A stretch of DNA of 64,000 nucleotides from Bispira polyomma (lineage: Eukaryota): NCBI GenBank assembly GCA_965649765.1, contig OZ287754.1, positions 27,466,001 through 27,530,000 of the forward strand, in the 5' to 3' direction. Positions 11,871-24,029 of the stretch are shown here, in pieces. Positions within the stretch are counted from its first letter, which is position 1. Each line of letters opens with the position of its first letter. The notes beneath the pieces are model-generated. The model made no database searches. It was given only the letters and a program-made list of their open reading frames with translations, and was not told where the DNA came from. The translations under genes and the position numbers were made by a program.

Positions 11871-14301
11871 CTACAATGAGAAATCTACATATAAGTATTC
11901 TTCATTTACCGCTAGCCATATTGGATTGGGTATGTAACTTTTAAGCTGAGCATGGTTGGCTTTTCTGTCCTGCCATCTAGACAGCAGGTCAGCCACATTG
12001 TTTTTGACACCCAGTACATGAGCAACTTTAAGCTCAATATCATGAATAGCAGATAACATTAAGATGTTTCTTGCGCAGGCCTCGAGAAAAATGTCTTTTG
12101 TTCTTGCAGAATTGAGTACACTAACTACGGCTTGATTGTCACAGTATATCAAAACTTTTTTACCCGCCCATTGCTGGGCTCATATTCTGATTGCCACTAG
12201 AATGTTTAGCATTTCTAGCTGCACAATTGCCAGAGATAGAAAACCTATGGGAATAGTGCAGGCATAGACCAAGTTTCCCCAATGACCTCCCAGGCCTGTC
12301 AGACAGGCGTCTAGACTGATTGTTTCCTGTACAGATCTATGCGAGAAAAATGAGACCCCATTGTAAAAGGGGAGAAAATTTTGAAACCATTTAAGGTCTT
12401 TTTTAAACTCATCAGTTATTTTGATACTTCTACTGTTTTTGTTGTCCCTTAGCAATTGCAACATTCTGTTTAGGAAGCATCTAGCCACTCTGACATATTT
12501 TGCTACATACAGCAGACTGCCTAAGAGAGACTGTAATTGTCTTTTGGTACATGTTTCTTTCTCACCCCAAGTCATGTAATTATTCAGAACTTGCTGCATT
12601 TTTCCTTTAGGTATTGATATAGTGAATGTCTCAGTATTTATGTCTACCCCTAGACATGTGACCTGAGTGCTAGGGGGAATGAGTTTCTTACTACTGATTG
12701 TTAAACCTAGCTCCTGCAGGAGGTCATAGAGGGTATGATAGGACTTTTTAGCTGTAGTGGTTAGTCCAAAGCCTATGAAATCATCAATGTAATTGATAAC
12801 TGGGAAACCTAGCTCTTGCATCATGTATCTGACTGAGTCACTTAGCTTTTGAAAAATAGTGCTACCATGCTTGTACCCAAAAGGTAGGCAAGTGTCTAGA
12901 AATACTGATTCTCCCAGAAAAGACCCAACATGTGGATATCCCCCGGGTCCATTTTCACATGCCGAAAAGCTCTACTAATGTCTATCTTTTTAAGCTTAGA
13001 GCCTCGTCCCAATTTGACAACCTCATTTGTTATTAAATCAACAGAAGGAAAAGTAAGTATAAAAGGAGTACCCAAATATATTTCCGGACTCACATTTGAA
13101 TTGACAGCATGTTGACTCGGCCAGCTCAGGTCAATGATGACCCTGCGATTATCTGAGTTGGGTTTCTCCCTGGTCATGAAAGGGGATGAATGGAAGTTAC
13201 TTACTGGTTTTTTATCAAAAGGACCCATAATTGCTTCAAAATTCTCTTCTTCCTTTAAATAATGAGTGACATGCTTAGAGAATTCTGTGGCAGACTTGTG
13301 ATTTTCACCCGTGGCTACCATATTTGATTGATCTTTTACATCAAGAGGGAAACCACAGCGAATTAAACTCACTAATTGTTGGTTCCAGTAATTTTCCAGT
13401 CGTTTCTCCCATGCTTTCACATTTAGTTGAGAGGGAATACATAGATTCAAGTGTATGAAGTTATGTAAACCCGTATGTCTTATTTTGGTATTTGCTAACA
13501 AAGCATTACTTTCAACAACACTCACAGCTTTTGGATAACCGAGATTTAGATCCCCCAATGGAATATAACCAAATTTTGCCTTCATTTGTGAGTTCCAAGC
13601 CATGTGAGTGGTGTTGTCTTTTGCTATTTGTAGCTTACGTTTGTTGTTTTTGGAAGTACTGAGGCCCAATAGATACTTATCAGTCTCCCTGTCAAATTCT
13701 AGACCTTTATTACTTACATTGGGATCAGAATCTTCAATTGCTACAGCAATCTGACTATTCTGTGAGTTTTGTTTTTGTTTTTGTAGCATCCTGAATGGCC
13801 GGTTCTTCGTGCTCCTCACATGAGAGGGGAGCAAATTTGTTTCGACAAGTTATGTTGAAACACTCATCCGATTTTGTTATATGGCCAACATAGCCCTTGT
13901 GCAAATTTTGGTTGGTATCCTTTTTTGGGCCAGAACAATCACCCCGACGCTCAACAAGGTGTGAAAACTTTTTGATGCCCCCCTTAGTAGCTCCCCTCTG
14001 TGTTTGATTTATGTTTTTTACTGCCAAACGATTTTTTACACTTGTGAGAAAAACTATTCCTTTTGACAATATCACTGAAGAGGGGACTGTCGAAGGGGTC
14101 ATAAACATGCTGTGCCTTGTAACTACCACATGCAGTACTAATAGCAGCCCACTCTGAGCGCCAATTTACATTAAGACAATTGTTATTATATGAACTATTT
14201 ACAAAAACACGTGTATTAAAACATTTTTTAATCACATCCTGCTTACTGTTCTGCACTGCTGTACTGCAGTGCTTCACTAGTTTTTTGCCGATGCAGTACA
14301 C
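11871..14301 (-). pseudogene. Ngaro pol (RT + RNase H), disrupted
   Basis: RT motifs: GPF, RVIIDLSWP, KIDISRAFRH, LPFG, YIDD. RNase H motifs: DACLTGLGG, LEMLN, YCDN, HVLGVKNNVADLLSR. One-nt frameshift at ~12897, probable TGG>TGA at 12180-12182, and further frameshifts upstream of 13834. Confidence 0.92.
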
Positions 14302-15449
14302 TGGGCCATTCTGTGGCCAGCAGTTTTACCTTGTGCTAGACATTTCTGACAACAGTGTTTAAATAACACCCCCGCTGTGGTGTGATCTTTAGGATGGGAA
14401 CACGTGCCATCTTGAAAGTATTTGCAAATTGCAGATTTTGTTTTGTTGAAATTTTGACTGCCAACAGTGCCATTACTGGCACTATTGGAGTGGTTTGTGA
14501 TCCTTTGAGCAGTAGCTCTTCTGATACGGTCGATACGGTCAGTTTGGTTCCAGGCGACCTTGCCTTCCTCCATACGACATAGGAGCAAGGCATGGCTGGC
14601 TTTAGCAGAAGTCCACGAGAAGTCATTTGCATCCTCAAATAATTCTGACATATACTCCAACATGAAGTTTTTTGTGTCAGCATTTGACTCCTCGTGAATA
14701 ATCCAGCTGAAGCCAGCCACCCATTGGAATACATTCAGACTATCATATGACACACGTGACTTCCTAGAACCTGAGAGAATACTATTTTGAGGCCATGGAA
14801 CTCTTTGAGATTTTAAGTTACCTGTTTTTTCTTTCTCATTTAGCTGACGCAACTCTCTTAATCTGCTCTCTATTTCTACTTGGTATTGTGCTTTGACACT
14901 AGATAAAGAGGGAAGCTGACTATCAGGGTTATTGCTAGCACAGCAGCTTGTAGTACTTCTATTTTCGGAAGTACAGCCATTGTTTTGTGTAAGTGGCACA
15001 TTAGGGTTGTTGCTAGCACACATACTACTACTACTATCAGAACTACGGCCTTTGTTTACATTAACGTTAATGCCAGCACAGCAGCTTCTAGTACTAGTAC
15101 TTTCAGAACTATCGCCTATGTTTACATTAGAGTTATTGCCAGCACTTCTAGTACTAGTACCTTCGGAAGTACAGTGTTTGTGTACTTTTTTGTCAGCTTC
15201 AGTACTGGCAACCTTGCCTTCAATAGAACCTATACGAGAACCTAATTGCTAAAGTTCAGACAGTATTTGTAAATTAACCTCCCTTTGAGAGACCTCACTA
15301 GTACTTGTCCCAGCTGTAGCCTGAACATGTGGTCCTCCGTCTGTATCAGCCACATTCTCGGAATCAACTACCATATAAGGGCACTCCTCGTCGGCAGGCT
15401 TGCTGTGTTTCTGGTTACATGCAGTGCAGTACACCTTTCTCGGAGCCAT
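14277..15449 (-). pseudogene. Ngaro gag-like ORF1 (~390 codons, one in-frame TAG at 15249-15251)
   Basis: ORFs 15249-15449 and 14277-15023 share a frame. N-terminal CxxCxxxHxxPxxxxC motif; C-terminal CKYFQxGxC..H..HxCxxC...H...C zinc-finger region. Confidence 0.85.
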
Positions 15450-15528
15450 GTTTATACTTGGTTAATATATATGTACCTGTAGAGTACAAATAAACTAAGA
15501 TAGAACACTAAAAAACCAAGTAAAATTT

Positions 15529-15704
15529 AAATTCGATGTGCATTGCTGAATGTCAAATGTAAATATGAAAAAAAAATGGTGGAGTTTGGCGCCCAACTGT
15601 GGGGGCCAATTAGAGAAGAGGTTAACAGTTCATGGGAGGTACTAAAGAACAAAAGTGGGTGAGGCCATGTAGTGAGATCATTGACACCTGCTGTGTCAAG
15701 GTAC
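15529..15704 (-). repeat. Ngaro split direct repeat A1 (5' terminal)
   Basis: Near-identical to 10133-10301. Confidence 0.95.
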
Positions 15705-16313
15705 AAAAGCCCTATAACGATCATAGTATTGTGACATCACACAATTTGAAGTCTATAGAGAAACGTCATATTTGTAAACAAATCTTAAAAAGAAGCCTTT
15801 CTATTGTGACATAATACAGTATTAATCTAGCATGTATGAAGCAATTATATACGCTACACAACTTTAAAAAACGTGTTTGTTATTTTAAATGATTAACATT
15901 TTAAATAGGTTTCCTTATGTTATATAAACTAAGAATACAAAAGACTCTTTCTTTTACAAAATACTTCAGTATAACGTGGTTATCAGCGATCGTTTTTTAG
16001 AAACTAAAGGCTTGGTCCTTATTTATCTCAAAATCTTTATCCGGTTTATTGCAAAATATAATTCTAGAATTTGTCAAAATACAAACAATGGTTTGCAAAG
16101 AATTTATTTTGAGAGATTAAGTTGTTTTAAAAGACTAAGCTGTAAAATTTGTTTAAATCTGAATACGTTCAATGTAATCCATACATTGTGTTTATGTAAA
16201 GTTTAATTTTTATTTGTTAACTGTCTAAAATGTTTAAATGTACTTGTACTTTGTATTACCATGTATAATTTATGTGTTGAGTTCCTGTCATATAGTGTAC
16301 TTACTTTTTAATG

Positions 16314-16354
16314 AAAAATATATATAAAAAACAAAATTCTTGTGAATTCTTAAA

Positions 16355-16445
<91 letters not shown>

Positions 16446-16497
16446 CCTGTGCAAATTTTAAGAATTCACAAGAATTTTGTTTTTTATATATATTTTT
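16314..16497. repeat. (TA)~42 microsatellite enclosed by a perfect 44-bp inverted repeat
   Basis: 16314-16357 is the exact reverse complement of 16454-16497; the TA run spans 16359-16443. Confidence 0.9.
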
Positions 16498-16654
16498 TCC
16501 ACCTACAATTTATGAATTTCCTTAAATCTTCGAATTTAGTGTTGCAAACTAAAAAGATGGTATCCCCAGTGAGCTTATTGCCAAAGAACACTGCAAAATG
16601 ACACCATCTTGTCCCCTAACTAATTAATTATTTTATAACGAAATACTACTATCA

Positions 16655-18565
16655 TTTCCTAATATAGCTTTTATGTTGGAGCCATCCAACCCATTGGCCA
16701 ACGCAAAGATGCGTTTTTAAAAAGGTATAGTACTACCTTAACCAGCCAATGGGTATATACAGTAGTCCACCCTCCTGCCAAAAGGGTCACATGACCCCTT
16801 GTTTACCTCTTTATTTTTGTTGGCCACCAACAGTGAGGTCCATATTTCGAAGATATTTGGTTTTTGTAGGATTATTCTGTTTTTTTTCCTAAGTTTTCAA
16901 ACTTTTACAGTGACATCTTTAGATACTTCTGATGTGTCTTCTGATGCTCCCAAATTTCAAAAAATCATCATTTTGTGGGCGCATGATGTCGGGTTTTGAT
17001 AACCATAGATTTTGTTTCAAAAGTCCTGAATCTAGCAAGGGGGATGACCTTTGTTCACTGAAAAAAGACTTTGGTGCTTGTAACTCTTTAACTCCAGAAC
17101 AGAAAAAGAAGTTGCAAGCTGGACATAGATCAAAAAGAGGTAATTAAGTCCCTGAGAAAGATAAGTTTGATGATTCTATCTTGGACTTATACGATGAAGC
17201 TGTTATGATGAGGGACAAGTCTGTTTCAAGTGCTGACCTAAAAATTCAGCAATCCTTGGCATGCAGCAATTATCCCGCCCAAATGCTACACTCGCAAACC
17301 AGTATCGCAAGTTCCGAGTGCAGGAAGGGAAGTGCTAGTGCTTCTATTGCCAGTAATTCGAAACAGGGCACGGAAGATTTATCTTCCTCTACTACATCTA
17401 GCCATTACCGTCCTAGCTTGTCCAAGGGCAAGGCCATGGATGAAGTGAATCGACAAACCATACCCCCTAAAAGATGATGGTGAATCCGGGGTTTCTGATT
17501 ATATTGATCATCCTGTGCCTCATTATGCAGAGACTTTGTCAGCAGTTAAAAACTGGTTAGATATACAAATGTGGCTCCATCTGTGTTTTCTCAGAGATCT
17601 CAAATAAAAAAGACAGCTCAGGCTTCTCTGGCATTACCTCCAGCAGAGAATTTAGCTAAACTTTGGGATTTTAAGGAGTTTGAGGCTTCAGGAGTCCCCA
17701 AGGAGGGTGATATTGCTGCTACTAGAGGACAGAGAAAAATGCTTTGATTAGAGATCACTTCATTAAGTTTGATAGGCCTGCAATGAAGTGGTACCAGGTC
17801 TCTCCTCAACCACATGCTATTGTCGCTCCTACTGTCCAGGATGCTTTTAAGAACATTGCTACTTCACATTTTTATTTGCTCTCATCTTTTGCTACTCCTA
17901 AGAAACAGTATCATATGTGGGAAACTGTGACAAGAGAGAATCTAAACGTCTTAAATCACACTTACTGGTTTAACTCTGCAAACAGCAAAGCCACTTCCGA
18001 AAAATTACTGAAGTTCAACAGGACTCTATTCAATGGTCTCATGTGACTAGAGACTCCTCTTCATCAGCTCACATACAGAAGAGAGATTCATCTTATAAAC
18101 AGTCAGACAATGCTTAAGATGCTAGAGGTCAGGGTAGAGGGTCTTTTCGTCCCTATAAAGGTTACTCAGGCTTCTCAGACTCAGCACTTAGAGGCAAAGT
18201 TTTCTTTCCTTCAACCAGAGCTTCCTTTAGAGGTTCAAGCGACAGTAGAAGGAAGTGACAACCAATATCCAGGAGGCCGTTTGTCCACATTTTGGCAGGT
18301 GTGGCAGGATATGAATGCTCATCCAGGTGGAAACAAAGCTTCATATAAACATTTTGGAATTAAAGGCAGTGTTTCAAGCTCTAAAAGCTTTTTAAAGCCA
18401 GATTCTAAATCAAAACATATTGATTTCCACTGACAACTCCACTGTAATATCATACCTCAACAAACAGGGAGGAACACTTCATGGAAATGTGTGTTCTTGT
18501 TTGGAGGATTCTGGCATTGACGAATGCCAGGGGCATCCACTTCAGAGCAAGACACATTCCAGAAA
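16655..18565 (+). mobile_element. Internally deleted, degenerate DIRS1-like retrotransposon (gag, pol start, RNase H)
   Basis: The gag N-terminus reads CGRMMSGFDNHRFC..GDDLC..C..LTPEQ. The pol start GGRLSTFWQVW is joined directly to RNase H motifs HINILELKAV, TDNSTVISYLNKQGGT and ARHIP, so RT is deleted. Confidence 0.75.
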
Positions 18566-19261
18566 TATCAAGGAGTAGAATACTCAATGAGATCAGCTTA
18601 ACAGGACAACTTCTGCTGTGTATATTTTGGTATATTTTATAATGTCAACCAATTATATCAATAGCACATCATACCTAATTTATCAAGTGCCTGGCAGAGA
18701 CAAATCCATTGATCAATAAAAGTTTTATTCATACCTTGTTATTATGAAATTGCATTAGAAGCTCTATTATTGGAATAGGTTTAGACAACAAAAGCCTCAT
18801 CAATTAGAAGAAGTTTTTTAGTAATAAACAATAGGAAAACGTCACTCAGTGAAAGTAACAATAAGTTGATGAAAAGAATTTTTGGATAACAAATGGTCAC
18901 ATCATACAGGTTGTACTGTACAATACAACTTTATCATGTTTTATCATCCTTTTTATGTGCAACATTTTATAACTAAATTGAACTGCTAATTTAATTATAC
19001 TTCTTTAACCAAAGACATGACATAGTGGGTGGTTATTACCTCCAGTGGTAGATTGCTGCTCATCCTGACATCTTTGCTGAATGTTACCAGAGAATGATTC
19101 ACCCCATTGTTTCTGAAACTAACACAAACAGAAAAGTCTTAGCAGTAACAGTCACCTGATTCATCACTGAAGTTCATCTTTTATTAGGTCAACCTTGAAG
19201 ACTAAAAAGCATTATACGCCCCCCTCTAATTATGAGGTGATGGGTTTAAAAAGGTTTTGGG

Positions 19262-19410
19262 TTTGGAAAAGTTGGCAGTTACTTGCCAATGGTTGGTGGT
19301 TTACAGTGCAGAATGTAGTATGCACTGCTTTCCCCTAGCAGTAAAACTGTCCATCATGATATGACCTAAATGGTGTTTTAAAAGTGATGTTAAACCCAAA
19401 ATCAAATCAG
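19262..19410 (+). mobile_element. 5'-truncated SINE, related to the 41795 family
   Basis: ggaaaagttggcagttacttg..ggtggtttacagtgcagaa..gtatgcactgctttcc..gatatgaccta..gatgttaaacccaaaatcaaatc parallels the body and tail of the 41795 SINE. Confidence 0.6.
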
Positions 19411-19857
19411 AGTAAAAATCAGGGGTTTACCTGGGGAAATTATTTAACGTAGCTCTCAACCTTTTCTCAAAGTCTTCCTCTTTCTGTCTGGAGTACCTCT
19501 TAACTTCTGCACCTAAAACATAGTTTTCTTACATCCGTTTTTATAATAATACTAGCCATTATAGTTGACACAGATTCTTAATTTTCAGAGCATAATACAG
19601 AAGAAGATCCCTGTATGTACATATTATCAAGTAATTACATTATTATTTATGTCTATTGTCTCTGACAATAAGATGACTATTATTGCACAATTAAGGATGA
19701 TATACACTTAAAAAAAACTAAAAGTGCATGGCAACATTAGCATCCTCTTTACACAGTTCAACATGTAAACCCTCAAATACTTTAGAAGATTATTGCTGAG
19801 CATATTTATCAGAAATTTATTATTTAAGCCTTTCTACAGCTTGATCACTATATTATA

Positions 19858-19990
19858 TTATTGTAATTGTAATTAGACTTTTATTGGGCTTAATCTCCCC
19901 TTAACAAAGGGGACTCTAAGGCGCACCAGCACAAAAGACAGTTATCCAATTTCCAAAATCAAGGGACAGAAAAGGGTCAGCACCATAGAG
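19858..19990 (-). mobile_element. 3'-end fragment of the same L2 LINE family as 40228-43613
   Basis: The reverse complement matches 43497-43613, including the (attaca)n tail. Confidence 0.8.
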
Positions 19991-20589
19991 CGTGCATCTA
20001 TACATCCTATACTGTGTAGATGCGTAGTACACATCCTATACTGTGCACACTCTTCAAAAAAGGTTATAGTCCCTCAACATAGCATTGGTAATCATGAGAA
20101 TGATGTTTACACCTTGCCCAATGAGGTGGTCTCACCGTTAAACTACCACCTTAAATACAAGACCAACAACCACCACATTGTTTAATTCACAATGTACTGA
20201 ATAAAAGAAAAACAGGGTCGTAAATGGAAGCATACTACATGAATCAGATATCAATACAAATATGTAGAGCTCGCCACATAAAACTGAAAAAAAAATTGTA
20301 AACATAATGCCATGTAAAATTATATTTTGAGAAAAGATCCAGACCAGATCTTTTAAATCAATGTTACTAATTTCAGAATATTCTTTCTACGGATCCATGT
20401 GGTGGTGAACCCTGCTGTTTGTCTGTTGTGGTCAAAAGTCATTTCAAAAAAATATTTTTGGACAATATGGTTTTAGGATAATGATGAATATGTTGATATC
20501 CATGTTCGAAATTCAAGACCATGTTCCAAATTCAAGATTATTAATGAAAAACAGTATGAAAAGAAATAGACATCCCTAGAAACAAATAT

Positions 20590-21040
20590 AACCTTGAAGG
20601 GTTCACTTGTTTGAGGAGGGTGCCAAATATCAGCATTGAGGTTGTCAGCCGACTCGCAGGAGTCTACAGTTCCTATTTCAAAACAGGAATAGCTCAAGGC
20701 CTCTTTGAGACTCATACACTCAAAAAAGCTCATCTATGGCAATAGATGCTCCTGCCTGCTCCGCATCTTCTTCTGTACTCTCAATGATCTTTTCCTCGTA
20801 GCAAGCCATTTCTATGATGATCTTGATTAGGTTCCCCGACTCACCCTCTTTCAAGACTATGCAATTTGGGCACAACACTACCAGATTGATAATGGCCCCT
20901 GGATTTTCTGGTTCTATGACATTATTGGCTAGAATGTCAAACTCATTCACAGTCTGCCACATGTTTGATACAGCATAAAATGTTGCACTAGCCTTGAAGA
21001 TTGCAAACATGCTTTTTTCTATTATCAAAAAGACGTCGAG
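20590..21040 (-). pseudogene. Frameshifted coding fragment, possibly the C-terminal part of a ROCO COR-like domain
   Basis: Two abutting ORFs joined by a frameshift at ~20725. The pattern W.....IL...I...PG.....VLCPNC resembles COR C-termini. Its 5' side abuts a MITE. Confidence 0.3.
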
Positions 21041-21044
21041 TGCC

Positions 21045-21310
21045 TACTGGGTAAGCCCTTGGCTAAATTAAAACTTAGGTTTAGCTTTTGTGAATTATGC
21101 TAAGATAAGGACAAAAAACTTAGTCCTTTTTACCAAAAGTTAAGACAAAAGTGTTGGATTTAGGCCTAAGCCCAGGGCCCGTATTCACTAATGGGCTTAG
21201 CCAAATCTTAGGCTAAAATCAGTATACTTTTGTGCTCGATTTAAGCCTAAGACGAGTCCCTTTGTGAATACAGGCCCGGGCTAAGACATTTTGTGAAGCC
21301 GGAACCAGTA
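21045..21310. mobile_element. Nested MITEs (inner Harbinger-like element ~21175-21277)
   Basis: Inner TIR gggcccgtattcac / gtgaatacaggccc; outer ends tactgg / ccagta. Confidence 0.55.
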
Positions 21311-21944
21311 CATTTCCGTAGCCATGTCATAAAATCGACATTGTATATATCAAGATACATGTGCAACATTAACTGAGAGAGTACGAATTAATGATTATAA
21401 TGGTTGACTTTATTTTATCTACATGCAAATAAATATACGCCAAGTACAAGCCTAAGTACACGTGTACTTCAATGTAAGCTTTTCCTCCGTTGTTCATAGT
21501 ATTGATTTTTGGATACATGAGCCACGTTTGACTGAAAGGAAATATACTTCTCTTATTTAATCTGAAAGAAAGATAAGCATCTCTCACTGTTCGTCTGGTC
21601 CATATTAAAAAAAAGTTAAGTAGAATCTATCAAAGCTATACACATGTCTCGCTGGTTAACTTTCTAAATAAGTCACGTGACCAGCTAATGATAGGTTTCA
21701 GTGGAAAGCACTCTTAAGTATTAACTTCCATATAAAGACATTTAGTTGTCTTCGATTTTCGACTAGGCAACCACTGTGTGTTACATTTGATATAATGATT
21801 ATAATAAAATTCAATATTTACTTAAATGTACACATATTTGCTTGAATAAGTATATTATATGGATGCATAGTTTACCAAATAGGTTAGCATTCTCCAAAGT
21901 GTTGTTTTTTATGTGAAATATTGCTATAATTTTTTAGGATCCAA

Positions 21945-23099
21945 CTTACCCTGAAAATGTTTCTGTGTAGCCTAAGTGAGCGTTTCCATGCAGGCAACTT
22001 TCTGAGGCGACCAGCCGACGTATAGCAGGCAATTTTCAATTTTTATGTTTCTATACAATTATTTGAGAAAATAGATACCTGCATTTAAACCTGAATATCT
22101 CAGCCATTTCTCAACTGATTTTGATGCAACAAAAAGCACAATATACCCGATAACATAAGCTTTCTCACCATATTTTCAGAAAATTTATACCTTCAGTATT
22201 TTTTGAGTTATTTAAATAAAACGGCAATGTTTACAAGGCGACGGGCAATGCCAGGCGATTTTTTTCGCTCCTAGTACCGAAAAAATCGCCTGGCATTGCC
22301 TGTCGCCTATTGGCGTTGCTCACATGGAAACACTTGGTTATAAATCAATGAAACTGATAGAATCGCCGTCGGCCGTCGCCTGATCGCCTCAGAAAGTTGC
22401 CTGCATGGAAACGCTCACTAAATCGTATAAAGCCAGCCTCTGGTTGACCTTCCCTTGAATGAGTGCTGACTGTCTGAGAACATCAGTGGTAGGTACAATG
22501 GACTCATGCATGTCATGTGGTTCTGCTGTTTGTGCAGCACTGTTTGGAAGAGTTTGAAGTGTGTGCGCTTGTCTTTTAGCCAGTCCTTCTGGCGAGGTAG
22601 CACCTAGCGTTGGCTGTAGCGGATTCAACCTCTGTGTTGTGGTAGCCCTTGACATCATGTAGAGTTGGTGTTCTGATAGCTGAGTATTTCTCTTGTATCT
22701 GGGTGCAAAGACAGGATGCGTCCTTAGTCCATCTGCTGTGTTAGCAAGGAAACCGTGGTTGACTGGTGAGCTGTTAAGTGACAGGTGAGATTGACTACTA
22801 ATGCTGTCAGGTTTCCTAATGTCTGACTTGTCTTTTTCTAGCTTCATCACAGTTTTAAGTAACGACTCCATCATTACTTGTTGTCGTTCAAAGAGGTCTT
22901 TATATATGTCACCACTACTCACGCCCTTTTGCATTGAAGTTGTCGACTCTGTGTCCGTATTGAGCTATGAGTCGGTCAAAGTTACCTCTGGTAGAGTAGC
23001 TGCTTGTCTTGTGCATCTTACACCCACAGGTCGGCTATGTGATATGCAGCATCTGGAACATGCTGCTGTATCAGGAACTTTCTTCTTACCTCTCACCAT
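21945..23099 (-). pseudogene. gag relic of a second Ngaro-like family
   Basis: MVRGKKK..CSRCCISHSRPVGVRC carries the same CxxCxxxHxxPxxxxC motif. Also IVPTTDVLRQS..VNQRL. One stop codon and a MITE insertion. Confidence 0.7.
21976..22418. mobile_element. PIF/Harbinger MITE with TAA target duplication, inserted in a gag relic
   Basis: Perfect 35-bp TIR gtgagcgtttccatgcaggcaactttctgaggcga, taa on both sides, and a long internal hairpin at 22237-22308. Confidence 0.9.
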
Positions 23100-23441
23100 T
23101 TTCTGAGTAATCTTGTTGGTTATAACCTTATTCACTCTCTAATATGTATAAATCATGATATTTGTTTTCAACACAATATCTTCCAGTAGATTCACGTATA
23201 TAAAAAATGCTAAAACCAATTGATAAAATATCCATGTAAAGTAACTAAAATCTTAAAAGCAATTCTTCTGAATTGAATTTTCCATATATATTCAAGATTG
23301 CTTCCAGTTTAGAAAAAATTATGTATGTTTCTCCTTTGCCATCATATTACAACAATACAGTCAATAAGAAATTCAAAAATACCAACGAATTGATAATAAC
23401 TACTTTGTTGAATAAGCCTGTAGAGAAACCTGCCAGATAAA

Positions 23442-23970
23442 TTGTTCAGTATTAGTAATTGTTTAAGGGTATTGTTTGCGAATTGTCAAGGTTTGAAAAT
23501 AATGGAAAAGAGACGCAAAGTATTGTCATATTTTAAAGATAAAAATATCAACATCTTATGTTCGCAAGACACACATTTTGGTATTAAAGTATTATTAGGA
23601 GGAACTTGCTTTGTGTATGGTGTTAAAACAAACTCTGGAGGAGTAGCCATAGTCTTTAAAGAAAATTTTGAATATTATGTACTTCAAGGACACAGAAGGT
23701 AATTATTTACACTTGCTGGTTAAGATAAGTAAAATGACAATCAATTTGATAACAGTTTATGGTCCTAATAATGATAGTGCAACATTCTTCACTGAAATAC
23801 AAAGTATGTTGACAAATAACGCAGCTCATACCATCATTTGCGGAGATTTTAACTTAGTTTTAGATCCCAAAAGGATACCCAAAATTATAAACATATAAAT
23901 AATCCAAAAGCCTGTAGATTTGTCCTAGATATGATACAACAGTGTGGTTTAATCAATGTCTATAGACCCT
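23442..23970 (+). mobile_element. L1/Tx1-like LINE APE endonuclease fragment
   Basis: ANCQGL, ILCSQDTH, GVAIVF, TVYGPNND, IICGDFNLVLDP, with frameshifts. Confidence 0.8.
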
Positions 23971-24029
23971 GATAGTCAACGGAAATTCAGAATCCAGATA
24001 ATATTTTTTTTTGTGAATTGAAGAGTTAA

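Larger units (their letters stand above)
8861..15704 (-). mobile_element. Near full-length Ngaro-type tyrosine-recombinase retrotransposon (DIRS order) with split direct repeats A1-gag-RT/RH-YR-B1-A2-spacer-B2
   Basis: gag, RT-RNase H and YR on the minus strand. A repeats at 15529-15704 and 10133-10301; B repeats at 10302-10850 and 8861-9406. No TSD and no methyltransferase domain between RH and YR. Confidence 0.92.
8683..16011. mobile_element. Second related Kolobok-like element, split by the Ngaro insertion (8683-8860 plus 15705-16011)
   Basis: Starts ggtgttagtaacgtaaac after the shared TTAA. Both halves align with the 7997-8678 element (gtattgtgacatcacacaatttgaa; ataacgtggttatc..cgtttttt). 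Confidence 0.55.

Noticed and set aside
11820-12152. DNA adenine methyltransferase domain (as in DIRS1/PAT elements)
   Set aside because: RH ends at 11871 and YR follows at once; there is no room and no DPF/PP-type motif.
16311-16601. ORF with an (IY)n run
   Set aside because: Translation of the TA microsatellite.
22389-22420. C-terminus of the 181-aa ORF (VSVSMQATF)
   Set aside because: Read-through into the MITE TIR, not gag.
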